In this document: positions 8,483-18,334 of the stretch, one piece after another
How the letters are laid out: each line of letters starts with the position of its first letter
Numbering within the stretch: the first letter of the stretch is position 1
Origin: a virus
Lineage: Duplodnaviria; Caudoviricetes
Direction: 5' to 3' (one strand)
DNA length: 64,000 nt
IMG/VR virus record: IMGVR_UViG_3300022074_005559
Notes under the pieces: generated by a model
Told to the model about the DNA's origin: nothing
The model's database searches: none
Seen by the model: only the letters and a program-made list of their open reading frames with translations
Translations under genes and position numbers: made by a program

Positions 8483-10945
8483 ATGGCTATTACACGAATT
8501 AAAACTAACCAGATTACTGATCTGGCGGTAACTACGGCTAAACTTGCTGCAAACGCAGTTACAGCAGCAAAGTTGGAGAACAATCTTACCTACGGCAGTG
8601 ACCTTACTGTCTCAGGTAACTTAACAGTTTCAGGTACAACAACAAGTGTTAGTACCACAAATACAAGAGTTGAAGACGCTATCATTGCACTTGCCGCTGA
8701 AACCAGTGGCACGCCAAGCAATGACGCAGGTCTCCTTATCAACCGTGGGTCAAGCGACAACCAAGCATTCCTTTGGGACGAAAGTGCAGATGAGTTTGTC
8801 ATGGCTAACGTTACATCAGAGGATGGTGATACAGCAGGTAACGTAACAATCGGCAGTTACGCAACTTTACAAATAGGCAACCTAACAGCCGTAGCACCAA
8901 CATTTAGTGGTGCAGTAAACATTGATAATACAACAGCATCAACAAGTGTATCAACAGGTTCACTTATTGTTGACGGTGGTGCAGGTGTTGCAGGTGCGCT
9001 GTTTGTTGGTGGAACATTTGATGTTGCATCAGGTCAAACAGTTGACTTTAACACAAACGCACTAACAAATGTTGCAGATCCAAGTGGTGCACAAGATGCA
9101 GCAACTAAAGCATATGTTGACAGTGAAGTATCAAGTGGTTCAACACTGGCTATTGCTGGTGATAGTGGCACAGACAACGTTATTGTTGGTACTAACACAT
9201 TTACTTTTAGTGGTACTGCTAATGAGATTGTTACAGCGGTAACAGACAACACAGTAACTATTAGTTTGCCGGATGATGTAACAATCGGCGGTGATGCAGT
9301 GGTTACAGGTAACTTGACAGTTAACGGTACTACAACTACTATCTCTACAACAAACAGTGTGGTTAGTGATAACTTGATCGAACTTAACAACGGTGCAAGT
9401 TCAAATGCTAATGACAGTGGTATTGTTATTGAGCGTGGTTCAACAGGTGACAATGCAATCTTTGCGTGGGACGAAAGCGCAGATACATTTATTGTTGGTA
9501 CAACAACAGCAACAGGTGCTAGCACAGGCGATCTTACAATCACAGCAGGTGCTTTCCAAGCAGGCGCAGCTACACTTGACAGTGCATCAATTGGCGGCGG
9601 CTATGGTTCAACAGGTGCTACAATCAGTAGTGCAGGTGTTGGTCAATTCAACGGCGCAGTTACAGTTGACGGACTAACAAGTGCAGATGGCGGTATAGAT
9701 GTAAACGGTGCAAACTTTGCAGTTTCAACAGCAGGTATTGTAACAACTGTAGAAGATATCCGTATTACAGCAGACAGCAAGCAACTTGAGATTGGTGCAG
9801 GTACAGACTTTACTATTGGGCACGATGGTACAGATACAACTATAACTAACAGTACAGGTATTCTTAAGATTGATGGTGCAGCTTCAAGTTCAATCCGTGT
9901 TAACGAAGCAGGCGCAGACGTAGACTTTATCATTGAAGGCGACAGTGCTACATCATTGTTTGTAGTAGATGCAGGCAACGACAACGTTGGTATTGGTGGA
10001 GCAGCAAACGCAAACGCAATCTTCCATGTTAACGACACAGGTGCAATGATTCTTGCTGCAGGTACAACTGCACAGCGTCCAGGTACAGCAGTTACTGGTA
10101 TGTTCCGTTATAACACAACCACTAACCAGTTAGAGTATTATGATAACGATAGTTGGGAATCACTAAGTACAGCGTTTACACTAGCAACATCACAAACATT
10201 TAACGGTGACGACAGTACAACAGACTTTAGTTTGTCATCACTTAGTGGATCTGATAGCTACACTGTTGCTGGTATACTTGTTATGCTAAACGGTGTGGTA
10301 CAAGAACCAACAACTGTATATGGCTTGAGTGGTAACACACTACAGTTTACAACAGCACCTGCAACAGGTGATTTGATTGAAGTTCGTAAGTTTACAACAA
10401 CAACTACAGTTACAGCAGTAAGTGATGCAGACGGTGACACACTAGTACAAGTTGAAGAGTCAAGTGATGAAGATATTATCCGCTTTGATGTAGGCGGCTC
10501 GCAGATTGCAAGAATTGAAAGTACAGGCATTATCCTAGATAGTGGTAAAACTTTCCAAGGTACAGCAACAGCAGCACAATACGCTGACTTGGCTGAAATG
10601 TATGCCACTGACACAGATATTGAAGCAGGCACAGTTGTACACTTTGTTGGTGAAGGTAAACTTGCAGCATGTGATACAGAAAACTGTCGTGCAGTAGCAG
10701 GTATTGTATCAACAGATCCAGCATACTTAATGAACAGTATGCAAGAAGGTGCAGCACTTGCACTAGCAGGTCGTGTACCATGTAAAGTAACTGGTGCAGT
10801 GGCGGCAGGTGACTTGATGGTCTCAGCAGGCAACGGTATGGCAATGGCTAATAACGAAGCAGCAATGGGTACTGTGATTGGTAAAGCGATTGAAGCAAAC
10901 GCAGATGGCGAAGGCGTCATAGAAGTTCTAGCACTAATGATGTAA
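8483..10945 (+). CDS. Tail fibre-like protein with C-terminal YADLAE chaperone-like domain (820 aa)
   Basis: Gly/Thr/Ala-rich beta repeats; C-terminal AQYADLAEMY...GIVSTDPAYLMN...GRVP...IGKAIE. Confidence 0.8.
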   Translation: MAITRIKTNQITDLAVTTAKLAANAVTAAKLENNLTYGSDLTVSGNLTVSGTTTSVSTTNTRVEDAIIALAAETSGTPSNDAGLLINRGSSDNQAFLWDESADEFVMANVTSEDGDTAGNVTIGSYATLQIGNLTAVAPTFSGAVNIDNTTASTSVSTGSLIVDGGAGVAGALFVGGTFDVASGQTVDFNTNALTNVADPSGAQDAATKAYVDSEVSSGSTLAIAGDSGTDNVIVGTNTFTFSGTANEIVTAVTDNTVTISLPDDVTIGGDAVVTGNLTVNGTTTTISTTNSVVSDNLIELNNGASSNANDSGIVIERGSTGDNAIFAWDESADTFIVGTTTATGASTGDLTITAGAFQAGAATLDSASIGGGYGSTGATISSAGVGQFNGAVTVDGLTSADGGIDVNGANFAVSTAGIVTTVEDIRITADSKQLEIGAGTDFTIGHDGTDTTITNSTGILKIDGAASSSIRVNEAGADVDFIIEGDSATSLFVVDAGNDNVGIGGAANANAIFHVNDTGAMILAAGTTAQRPGTAVTGMFRYNTTTNQLEYYDNDSWESLSTAFTLATSQTFNGDDSTTDFSLSSLSGSDSYTVAGILVMLNGVVQEPTTVYGLSGNTLQFTTAPATGDLIEVRKFTTTTTVTAVSDADGDTLVQVEESSDEDIIRFDVGGSQIARIESTGIILDSGKTFQGTATAAQYADLAEMYATDTDIEAGTVVHFVGEGKLAACDTENCRAVAGIVSTDPAYLMNSMQEGAALALAGRVPCKVTGAVAAGDLMVSAGNGMAMANNEAAMGTVIGKAIEANADGEGVIEVLALMM
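9302..9540 (+). repeat. Fibre module near-duplicated at 13498-13740
   Basis: TGNLTV.GTTTTISTTNS.V.D.LIELN.GASSNAND.GIV.ERGSTGDNAIF.WDESAD.F.VGTTTATGASTG in both the 8483 and 12679 proteins. Confidence 0.9.
10519..10945 (+). repeat. C-terminal YADLAE domain repeated at ~15673-16059 and ~17185-17598
   Basis: Aligned protein motifs; the DNA stretch compared (around YADLAEMY) differs at third codon positions. Confidence 0.85.
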
Positions 10946-10964
10946 TCAACAACGCATATAAAAG

Positions 10965-10990
10965 ATAGCACCTTAGGGTGCTATTTTTTT
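10965..10990 (+). terminator. Intrinsic terminator
   Basis: ATAGCACC-TTAG-GGTGCTAT followed by T6. Confidence 0.9.
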
Positions 10991-11035
10991 GAGTGATGTG
11001 GTAGATAAATACACATACTATAAAGGATTACACGA

Positions 11036-12679
11036 ATGGCATTTACAAGACCAAAAGCCTCCCAGATTAACTTTGATGTAACCAATATTTCTGATACACT
11101 TATACGCTTAAATAGTGGTCAGACAGGAAGTGCAGACAAAGACGTTGGACTGGTTATTGAACGTGGCAGTGATACAAATGCTGCTTTTTTGTATGACGAA
11201 AGTGCAGACCAGTTTGTATTAGTAAATACCACAGAAGATGGAACCACAAGCGGTAATGTAACTATAGCAAGTTATGCTGGGCTACGGACAAATGCTATTG
11301 TATATGGCAGTCTTAATGATGGGACTACAACACTAACATCAACAGTTGCAGAACTAAATAACCTAGATGGTGTCACAGGCATTTCACTGGGCAGTGCTAA
11401 TGAACTGGTTATTGTTGATAGCGATGGTACAGGCTTCACAAGTAGTAGCACACTAAGCATTGATACCGGCAACAACTATATTGGTATAAATCAAAGTTCA
11501 CCCGAAGTAACACTGCATATGACAGGCGATGGTGCACAGACTGCACAGATTCGCATGGAGCAACACAACGATACAGCAGATGCTCCAGATGTAAGAACAC
11601 GCAGAAGTAGAGGCACAGCCGCAAGTCCAAGTAACCTCAATGCAGGCGATTATCTGTTTCGAATCAATGCAGAAGCATACGAAAGTGGAACTTATAACAC
11701 AAAAGGCAGTATTCAACTTGACACAAGTTCAGCTGATGTCAGCAAAGGTGTAATACAGTTTCAAACACACGACGGAACAAGCCTAGCAACTAGATTACAA
11801 ATACTAGACAGTGGTGCTGTTAGATTTAACAGTGCTTATACATTCCCAACAGCAGATGGCAGTGCAAACCAAATATTAACCACTAATGGTAGTGGAGTAT
11901 TGAGTTTTGCAAGTCCTGCTAGTAGTAGTTTTACACTTGCTGCTGATAGCGGTACAAGTGATTCATTCAGTACTGGCGGAACATTAACTTTTGATGGCGG
12001 CACAGGTATTGATACAACTGTAAGCAATGATCAAATAAGCATTGCTATCGACAGCACAGTCGCTACACTTACCGGCAGTCAGACACTAACAAACAAAACA
12101 CTAACAAGTCCAAATATAAACGAGGCGGTTGCATTAACTAGTACTGCAACTGAACTAAATCTACTGGATGGCGCAAGTGCTGGTACAGTAACAGCAAGCA
12201 AGGCTGTTATCTATGACAGCGATGGCGGCATTGTTGCAGGCGGCGATATTAATCTTAACGATGCAGATGATCAAATAATTCACGGTGATGCAAGTTATAA
12301 ACAAAAGCAATATGTGCTATACGGCACAACTACAAATGGATCAGAAACAGAAATCTTTATTGGCGGCACTAGTAACAGTCGCATACCAGTAGCAACAGAC
12401 ACAACAGTATTTTACGAGTGTGACATTGCAGCAAGACGCACAGATGCAACAGGTGAAAGTGGTGGCTGGCACTTAAAAGCAGTTGTTGATAACTTCAGCG
12501 GCACTGTTGCTGACGTAGGCAACGTGTATGAAGTTCAAGTTGCATCTGATGATGAAAACTTTGAAGTGGATGTAGCGGCTGACAATTCAAACAATGCAAT
12601 AGCAGTAAAAGTTACAGGTGCAGGCGGTAAGACAATTCGTTGGGTAGCAATAGTGAGAACATTTGAGGTAACAGAATAA
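11036..12679 (+). CDS. Tail fibre-like structural protein (547 aa)
   Basis: Late promoter 11004-11011; modules GLVIERG..FLYDESAD, FPTADGSANQILTTNGSG, QTLTNKTLTSP. Confidence 0.75.
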   Translation: MAFTRPKASQINFDVTNISDTLIRLNSGQTGSADKDVGLVIERGSDTNAAFLYDESADQFVLVNTTEDGTTSGNVTIASYAGLRTNAIVYGSLNDGTTTLTSTVAELNNLDGVTGISLGSANELVIVDSDGTGFTSSSTLSIDTGNNYIGINQSSPEVTLHMTGDGAQTAQIRMEQHNDTADAPDVRTRRSRGTAASPSNLNAGDYLFRINAEAYESGTYNTKGSIQLDTSSADVSKGVIQFQTHDGTSLATRLQILDSGAVRFNSAYTFPTADGSANQILTTNGSGVLSFASPASSSFTLAADSGTSDSFSTGGTLTFDGGTGIDTTVSNDQISIAIDSTVATLTGSQTLTNKTLTSPNINEAVALTSTATELNLLDGASAGTVTASKAVIYDSDGGIVAGGDINLNDADDQIIHGDASYKQKQYVLYGTTTNGSETEIFIGGTSNSRIPVATDTTVFYECDIAARRTDATGESGGWHLKAVVDNFSGTVADVGNVYEVQVASDDENFEVDVAADNSNNAIAVKVTGAGGKTIRWVAIVRTFEVTE

Positions 12680-15600
12680 TGGCAAGACGCGAACGAAGTT
12701 TCTTTTTTAACAACAAAACTGGTGCACTAAAATCCAAAGGTAAAACCATTATCGCTGCCACAGCAGATAATGTGCTTGAACTACGTGGCGGCAATAGTGG
12801 GCAACAAGTTGGTCTTATTGCTGTAGGAGATGATAACAATATTGATATTGCGATCACGCCCAAGGGCAACGGTGAAGTTAATATTGCAGCAGGAAACCTA
12901 AACTACGCCGGAACTGCAATAACTGCTACAGGTGCAGAACTTAACTTTGTAGATGGTGTAACTAGTAATATTCAAACACAGTTAGATGCTAAAACAAATA
13001 ACACTGGCACAGTGACCAGTGTTGCTGGCACTGGCACAGTAAACGGACTTACACTTAGTGGCACAGTAACTAGCAGTGGAAGTTTAACTCTTGGTGGTAC
13101 ATTAAGTATAACTGAAAGTCAAATCAGCGATTTAGGTACTTACTTAACTGCAAGTGATATTACTGGGAAACTAAATCTAAGCGGTGGAACCATGTCTGGT
13201 GCTATTGCGATGGGCACTAATAAGATTACTGGAATGGGCGATCCTACTTCAGCACAAGATGCCGCAACTAAGGCATATGTAGACAGTAATGTTAGTAGTG
13301 CTGCAAACGATGCTACTATTACAATCACTGCAAGCACTGGTCTTAGCGGTAGTGCATCCTTTACTACAGACCAAAGTTCAGACGAGACTATTACACTAGC
13401 TATAGACAGTACAGTCGCAACACTTACTGGTGCACAAACACTTACAAATAAAACACTGACAAGTCCAACTATTGAAACAATAAACAGTGATCTTACTGTA
13501 ACAGGTAACTTAACAGTAAGTGGAACAACAACTACAATATCAACAACAAATAGTACAGTAGCAGACAGTCTTATTGAACTAAACACTGGCGCAAGCAGTA
13601 ACGCAAATGACTTGGGTATTGTTATGGAACGTGGTAGCACTGGTGACAATGCTATCTTTATATGGGATGAAAGTGCTGATAAGTTTGTAGTAGGCACTAC
13701 AACTGCAACTGGAGCAAGTACAGGCAACTTATCTGTTACCACAGGCACTCTTGTTGCAAATATTGAAGGTAATGTAACAGGTAACGTAACAGGCGATGTA
13801 ACTGGTAATGCTGACACTGCAACTGCTCTTGCAACAGCAAGAAACATTGCTGGTCAAAGTTTTGACGGCTCCTCGGCTATTACTATTGCAAGCACAGATT
13901 TAAGCGATACAAGTTCTATCACACTTAATGCTGCAACGCAAACTTTAACAAATAAAACTTTGGGTGCTACTACTATTGCAGGGCATATTGTTCCTGATAC
14001 TGATGATGCATACGATTTAGGATCTTCTAGTTTAAAGTTTAAAGACTTGTATCTCAGCGGATCAAGTCTTTTCTTGGAAGCATTTTCATTACAAACACAT
14101 GCTAGTGGTATTACGTTTAACCATAGTTCAAACACTACGCTACTTCCTGTAGGCGGAGGAAGTCATACACTAGCAACTCTTACTGCTACACAAACACTTA
14201 CAAATAAAACACTTACAACCCCAACAATAAATGGATTCAGTGGCACAGGAAATGGCACAGTAACAGGAAACTTAACTGTAACAAGTAATGTAAATGCCGA
14301 TAACTTTACTACTGAAGGATTGAAGATAGTTGACAACAACATTCAATCTACTAGAAGTAACGATCATATTAACCTTGTGCCAAACGGTACAGGCAGTGTA
14401 CAAATTAACGGCAGTGTATGGCCCACAGGACTAGGCACAGATGGTTATGTGCTTACTACAGATGGCGCAGGCACACTTACATGGGCTGCAGCAAGCGGCG
14501 GCGGGCAAACTGCTGGTCATACTATTCAAAATGCAGGATCAAACTTAACAGCAAGAGCTGGTCTTAACTTTGATGGTACATACTTAATCGCAACAGATGA
14601 TAGTGGAAATAGTCAAACTGATGTTACAGTCAGCAGTGCATTGCAAACAGTTGCAGGCATTACATTCCCTAGCGGAGCAGTGATTGGCTCAAGCGATACA
14701 CAAACATTAACAAACAAAACAATAGATAGTGCAAGTAACACACTTACACTAGATTTAAGTGAAGGCACACTTACAGGCACTACAGCAGAGTTTAACACTG
14801 CACTTAGTGATGATAGTTTTGTTACACTTACAAATACTGTAACACTTACAAATAAAACTCTAACAAGTCCTACTATAACTGGTGCAAGTTTGACATCCCC
14901 AACAGTGACTACCGCTGTAACACTAAACGCACAAGCAGATTTACGCTTTGCAGATAGTGATAGCAGTCATTATGTAGGTTTTAAAGCACCTGCTACAGTA
15001 ACAGCAAACAATATTTGGACTTTACCAGCAGAAGATGGTTCTAACACACAGGTACTAACTACCGATGGTAGTGGCACACTTAGTTGGACTGACGGCGGCG
15101 GAGGCGGCGGTGCAAGCACACTAGGTGGTCTAAATGATGTGACAGTATCAAGTATAGCAGTAAACGACTTGATAGTTTATACTGGAAGCGGTTTTGAAAA
15201 TAAAGCAAAACATGAAGTTGTACCAACTGTAAACTTTACAAAAAGAGACGGTACAGCAGTTCTTATTGAACTTACAAATGCTTATGATACTACTACAATA
15301 CTAGGATATATGAATGACAGAGTTTCTCAAAAATACCGCATGGCATTTACAGACAGTAGCGGTACTAGTCATACTACACTGCAAACTGGACTAGATAGCG
15401 TTCCTGAATTATCAAATGCTAGAAATATCGGCGGCGTATCATTTAACGGAAGTGTTGATATAGATTTGCCTGGTGTTAACACTGCTGGTAATCAAGATAC
15501 AAGTGGCACAGCAGCCATTGGAACTTCAGTAACAGTTACCGCAAATAACACAGCAAACGAAACAGTATACCTTACATTTGTAGATGGCGCTACTGGTACA

Positions 15601-16059
15601 CAAGGTATTGAAACAGATACAGGATTAACATACAATCCTAGCACAGGAAATCTTGGTGCATCAATATTTACTGGTACAGCGACATCAGCACAGTATGCTG
15701 ACTTGGCTGAGATGTATGCTACAGATGAAAAAATAAGTGCAGGCACTGTAGTAATGTTTGCTGGAGCAGGCAAAGTAAAGCCTTGCAATGATGAGAACTG
15801 TAGACGAGTAGCAGGTATTGTTAGTACAGATCCTGCATATCTAATGAATAGCGCATGTGAAGGCGTGCCACTTGCTATAAGTGGTCGAGTACCTTGCAGA
15901 GTAATAGGCCCTGTTGAAGCAGGTGACTTAATGGTAAGTGCTGGAAATGGAATGGCAATGACTAACAATGATGCAAAGTCTGGAACAATCATTGGTAAAG
16001 CAATTGAAGAAAATGTTAATGGCGAAGGCATCATTGAAATACTAGCAATGATGATGTAA
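12679..16059 (+). CDS. Long tail fibre-like protein with C-terminal YADLAE domain (1126 aa)
   Basis: Many QTLTNKTL repeats, DPTSAQDAATKAYVD, C-terminal domain shared with 8483. Confidence 0.8.
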   Translation: MARRERSFFFNNKTGALKSKGKTIIAATADNVLELRGGNSGQQVGLIAVGDDNNIDIAITPKGNGEVNIAAGNLNYAGTAITATGAELNFVDGVTSNIQTQLDAKTNNTGTVTSVAGTGTVNGLTLSGTVTSSGSLTLGGTLSITESQISDLGTYLTASDITGKLNLSGGTMSGAIAMGTNKITGMGDPTSAQDAATKAYVDSNVSSAANDATITITASTGLSGSASFTTDQSSDETITLAIDSTVATLTGAQTLTNKTLTSPTIETINSDLTVTGNLTVSGTTTTISTTNSTVADSLIELNTGASSNANDLGIVMERGSTGDNAIFIWDESADKFVVGTTTATGASTGNLSVTTGTLVANIEGNVTGNVTGDVTGNADTATALATARNIAGQSFDGSSAITIASTDLSDTSSITLNAATQTLTNKTLGATTIAGHIVPDTDDAYDLGSSSLKFKDLYLSGSSLFLEAFSLQTHASGITFNHSSNTTLLPVGGGSHTLATLTATQTLTNKTLTTPTINGFSGTGNGTVTGNLTVTSNVNADNFTTEGLKIVDNNIQSTRSNDHINLVPNGTGSVQINGSVWPTGLGTDGYVLTTDGAGTLTWAAASGGGQTAGHTIQNAGSNLTARAGLNFDGTYLIATDDSGNSQTDVTVSSALQTVAGITFPSGAVIGSSDTQTLTNKTIDSASNTLTLDLSEGTLTGTTAEFNTALSDDSFVTLTNTVTLTNKTLTSPTITGASLTSPTVTTAVTLNAQADLRFADSDSSHYVGFKAPATVTANNIWTLPAEDGSNTQVLTTDGSGTLSWTDGGGGGGASTLGGLNDVTVSSIAVNDLIVYTGSGFENKAKHEVVPTVNFTKRDGTAVLIELTNAYDTTTILGYMNDRVSQKYRMAFTDSSGTSHTTLQTGLDSVPELSNARNIGGVSFNGSVDIDLPGVNTAGNQDTSGTAAIGTSVTVTANNTANETVYLTFVDGATGTQGIETDTGLTYNPSTGNLGASIFTGTATSAQYADLAEMYATDEKISAGTVVMFAGAGKVKPCNDENCRRVAGIVSTDPAYLMNSACEGVPLAISGRVPCRVIGPVEAGDLMVSAGNGMAMTNNDAKSGTIIGKAIEENVNGEGIIEILAMMM

Positions 16060-16094
16060 CACTTGATAAATATACTAAAGACAGGATAGTTTAA

Positions 16095-17012
16095 ATGGCA
16101 GCAAAAACACCGATTAAAGCAACCTTTAGTGGTAGCGATGTAACTGGACTAGCAGAATATACCTCATCGGATTTTATTGAAGTCGCTGACGGTGGTACTG
16201 GTGTAGTCACACTTACTAGCGGCGGTGTTCTTGTTGGCGCTGGTACAGGTGCAGTAACTACTAACAAAGCCGCTCCTAGCGGAGATTTTGTTGGTACTAG
16301 CGATACACAAACGCTGACAAACAAAACACTGACTACTCCAACATTGACTACTCCGTTGGCAAATGCAGGATTACAACTAAAAAACGGTGCTACCAGTGCT
16401 GGCTTTATTGAGTTTTTTGAAGATAGTGATAACGGCACTAACAAGGCTACATTAATAGGTCCTGCAAGTACTGCTGACGTTACAATCACATTACCTGCCG
16501 CAACAGATACACTAGTTGGTAAAGCAACTACAGATACACTAACAAACAAGACACTTACATCTCCAACAATAACAGAACCAGAAGTTAGTACTACGCTGGA
16601 CATGAATGCCCAAGCAAGCACACGTTATTATGACAGTGATAGCAGTAACTTTGTAGCATTTAAGGCGCCAGCTACAGTGGCTACTAGCTTTACTATGTCA
16701 TGGCCCGATGCAGATGGTGCTAGTGGACATGTTATGACCACAGACGGTGCAGGTAATCTAAGTTTTGCAGCCGGCGGTGGCGGAGGTAGTAGTTCTGGGT
16801 ACAATAACAGTACCATTAGTACTATTCCAGGTAAAAACGGTAACTTTGATTTAAGTTATAATGTGGCACAAACAGTGCAAGAAACACCATTCGACAGCGG
16901 AGCAACAGATCCATTTGGAGTTAACTTGGGCAGTGTGTTTTCAATGATGGATCCAGTTGGTACAATTGAAGACAATAGCGGCGATGGTTTAGATCTAGGT
17001 GCATTTACATAA
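16095..17012 (+). CDS. Fibre-module structural protein
   Basis: Late promoter 16065-16072; TLTNKTLT repeats; DSDSSNFVAFKAPATV module shared with 12679. Confidence 0.7.
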   Translation: MAAKTPIKATFSGSDVTGLAEYTSSDFIEVADGGTGVVTLTSGGVLVGAGTGAVTTNKAAPSGDFVGTSDTQTLTNKTLTTPTLTTPLANAGLQLKNGATSAGFIEFFEDSDNGTNKATLIGPASTADVTITLPAATDTLVGKATTDTLTNKTLTSPTITEPEVSTTLDMNAQASTRYYDSDSSNFVAFKAPATVATSFTMSWPDADGASGHVMTTDGAGNLSFAAGGGGGSSSGYNNSTISTIPGKNGNFDLSYNVAQTVQETPFDSGATDPFGVNLGSVFSMMDPVGTIEDNSGDGLDLGAFT

Positions 17013-17040
17013 TAAATATAGGATATAGCAGGAGCAAAAG

Positions 17041-17598
17041 ATGCCTACAGTATTACAGTTTCGTAGAGGAACAGCAGCACAAAACAATGCGTTTACCGGC
17101 GCAGCAGGTGAACTTAGTATCAACACTGATGTTGATAGTATTCGAATCCATGATGGATCGACAGCAGGCGGCTTTGAAACAAACGCTAAAGAGGCAACAT
17201 ACGCGGACGTGGCAGAACGATATCAAGCAGATGCCGAATATGATCCAGGCACACTATTAGTATTTGGCGGCGAACAAGAAGTCACAGAATCAACAACAGC
17301 AATCAGTAAACGTATTTCTGGGATTGTAACAACTGATCCATACTGTGTGATGAATAGTCCAAAAGACCGTAGAGATGATCCAACCTTTCCTGCAATGGCT
17401 CTCTTAGGTCGTGTACCTGCTAAAGTAGTAGGCGAAGTACAAAAAGGTGATTTAATGGTATCTAGTGATACTGCCGGTCATGCTTGTGCATGGACTGAAG
17501 AAGGTTCACCACCTGCTGGCAGTATTGTTGGTAAAGCAGTTGAGGACAAAACTGGTGCAGAAGCCGGTGTTATTGAGGTAGCAGTAGGAATCAACTAA
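17041..17598 (+). CDS. Mtd_N-like domain fused to a YADLAE domain (mini-fibre or chaperone)
   Basis: N-terminal LQFRRGT...GEL.INTD..IRIHDGSTAGG; C-terminal YADVAERY...TTDPY..MN...GRVP; late promoter 17011-17018. Confidence 0.65.
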   Translation: MPTVLQFRRGTAAQNNAFTGAAGELSINTDVDSIRIHDGSTAGGFETNAKEATYADVAERYQADAEYDPGTLLVFGGEQEVTESTTAISKRISGIVTTDPYCVMNSPKDRRDDPTFPAMALLGRVPAKVVGEVQKGDLMVSSDTAGHACAWTEEGSPPAGSIVGKAVEDKTGAEAGVIEVAVGIN

Positions 17599-17599
17599 C

Positions 17600-18334
17600 A
17601 TGCCCCAGGGTCGGTTTTATACCGCAGACTACTTGGGAGAGATGGTTAGCGCAAATACTAGTTGGAAAGATAGAAAAGACCCAAGTACAATGACTTGGGT
17701 TGAAAAAACTATCTTCAACGAAGATCATGATAACATTGCACATGTTATTGGCAACAGTAAAAGGCGTCTCTGGCTTGATTTAAACTTACTTAAAGGACAA
17801 ACAGGCGGTAAAAAAGTTCGCAGTGTAGGGCAAACTTACGGTTGTAACTTACTTTATAAAGACTTTAATCCTACGTTTCTTGTTTGTACAAACAAAAATA
17901 TTTGCGATGAGCTTGCAAATCAGAGATACGGCGATGACAACATTGTATTCTCAAACGTAAAAAATATTTTACAACATCCTGGACATTTTCATTTATATCC
18001 TCAACTTTACAGTGCAAGTGCAGGTAATCTAGCACTTACTCTAGCATGTGCAGACGGTCATAAAACAGTGTACATGATTGGTATGGATACTTATTCTCAG
18101 CCTGACGACAATGTATATACAGAGGATTACGGTCTTGCAGATGTGCAAGGTGCAAACAACAAGTTTATCTCTGAGAACTGTAAGACGTTTTTAACTTATA
18201 GTGATGTACAGTTTTACTATGTCAGTGACAAAGCAACTATAATGCCAGAACAATACAACTGGTGTCCTAACGTAAAAAAACTAGAATGGATGCAGTATGT
18301 AAGCCTAGCAAGCCTGGGTGCTATTGCACATTAA
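17600..18334 (+). CDS. Second Maf/DUF115 (CstII-fold) putative glycosyltransferase
   Basis: HVIGNS, TYGCNLLY, FLVCTN, SAGNLALTLA, VYMIGMD; paralog of 1652-2239. Confidence 0.6.
   Translation: MPQGRFYTADYLGEMVSANTSWKDRKDPSTMTWVEKTIFNEDHDNIAHVIGNSKRRLWLDLNLLKGQTGGKKVRSVGQTYGCNLLYKDFNPTFLVCTNKNICDELANQRYGDDNIVFSNVKNILQHPGHFHLYPQLYSASAGNLALTLACADGHKTVYMIGMDTYSQPDDNVYTEDYGLADVQGANNKFISENCKTFLTYSDVQFYYVSDKATIMPEQYNWCPNVKKLEWMQYVSLASLGAIAH

Noticed and set aside
131-16621. Long antisense ORFs over the capsid and fibre genes (e.g. 10258-10971, 13140-13847, 15492-16034)
   Set aside because: They are shadows of Thr/Ala/Gly/Val-rich sense codons, with no promoters, SDs or motifs, and they mirror the repeats of the plus-strand genes.
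10519-17598. Possible diversity-generating retroelement (Mtd_N-like domain plus repeated C-terminal regions as TR/VR)
   Set aside because: Differences in the stretch compared are third-position changes of all base types, not adenine-specific. All copies are coding and no reverse transcriptase is in the window.
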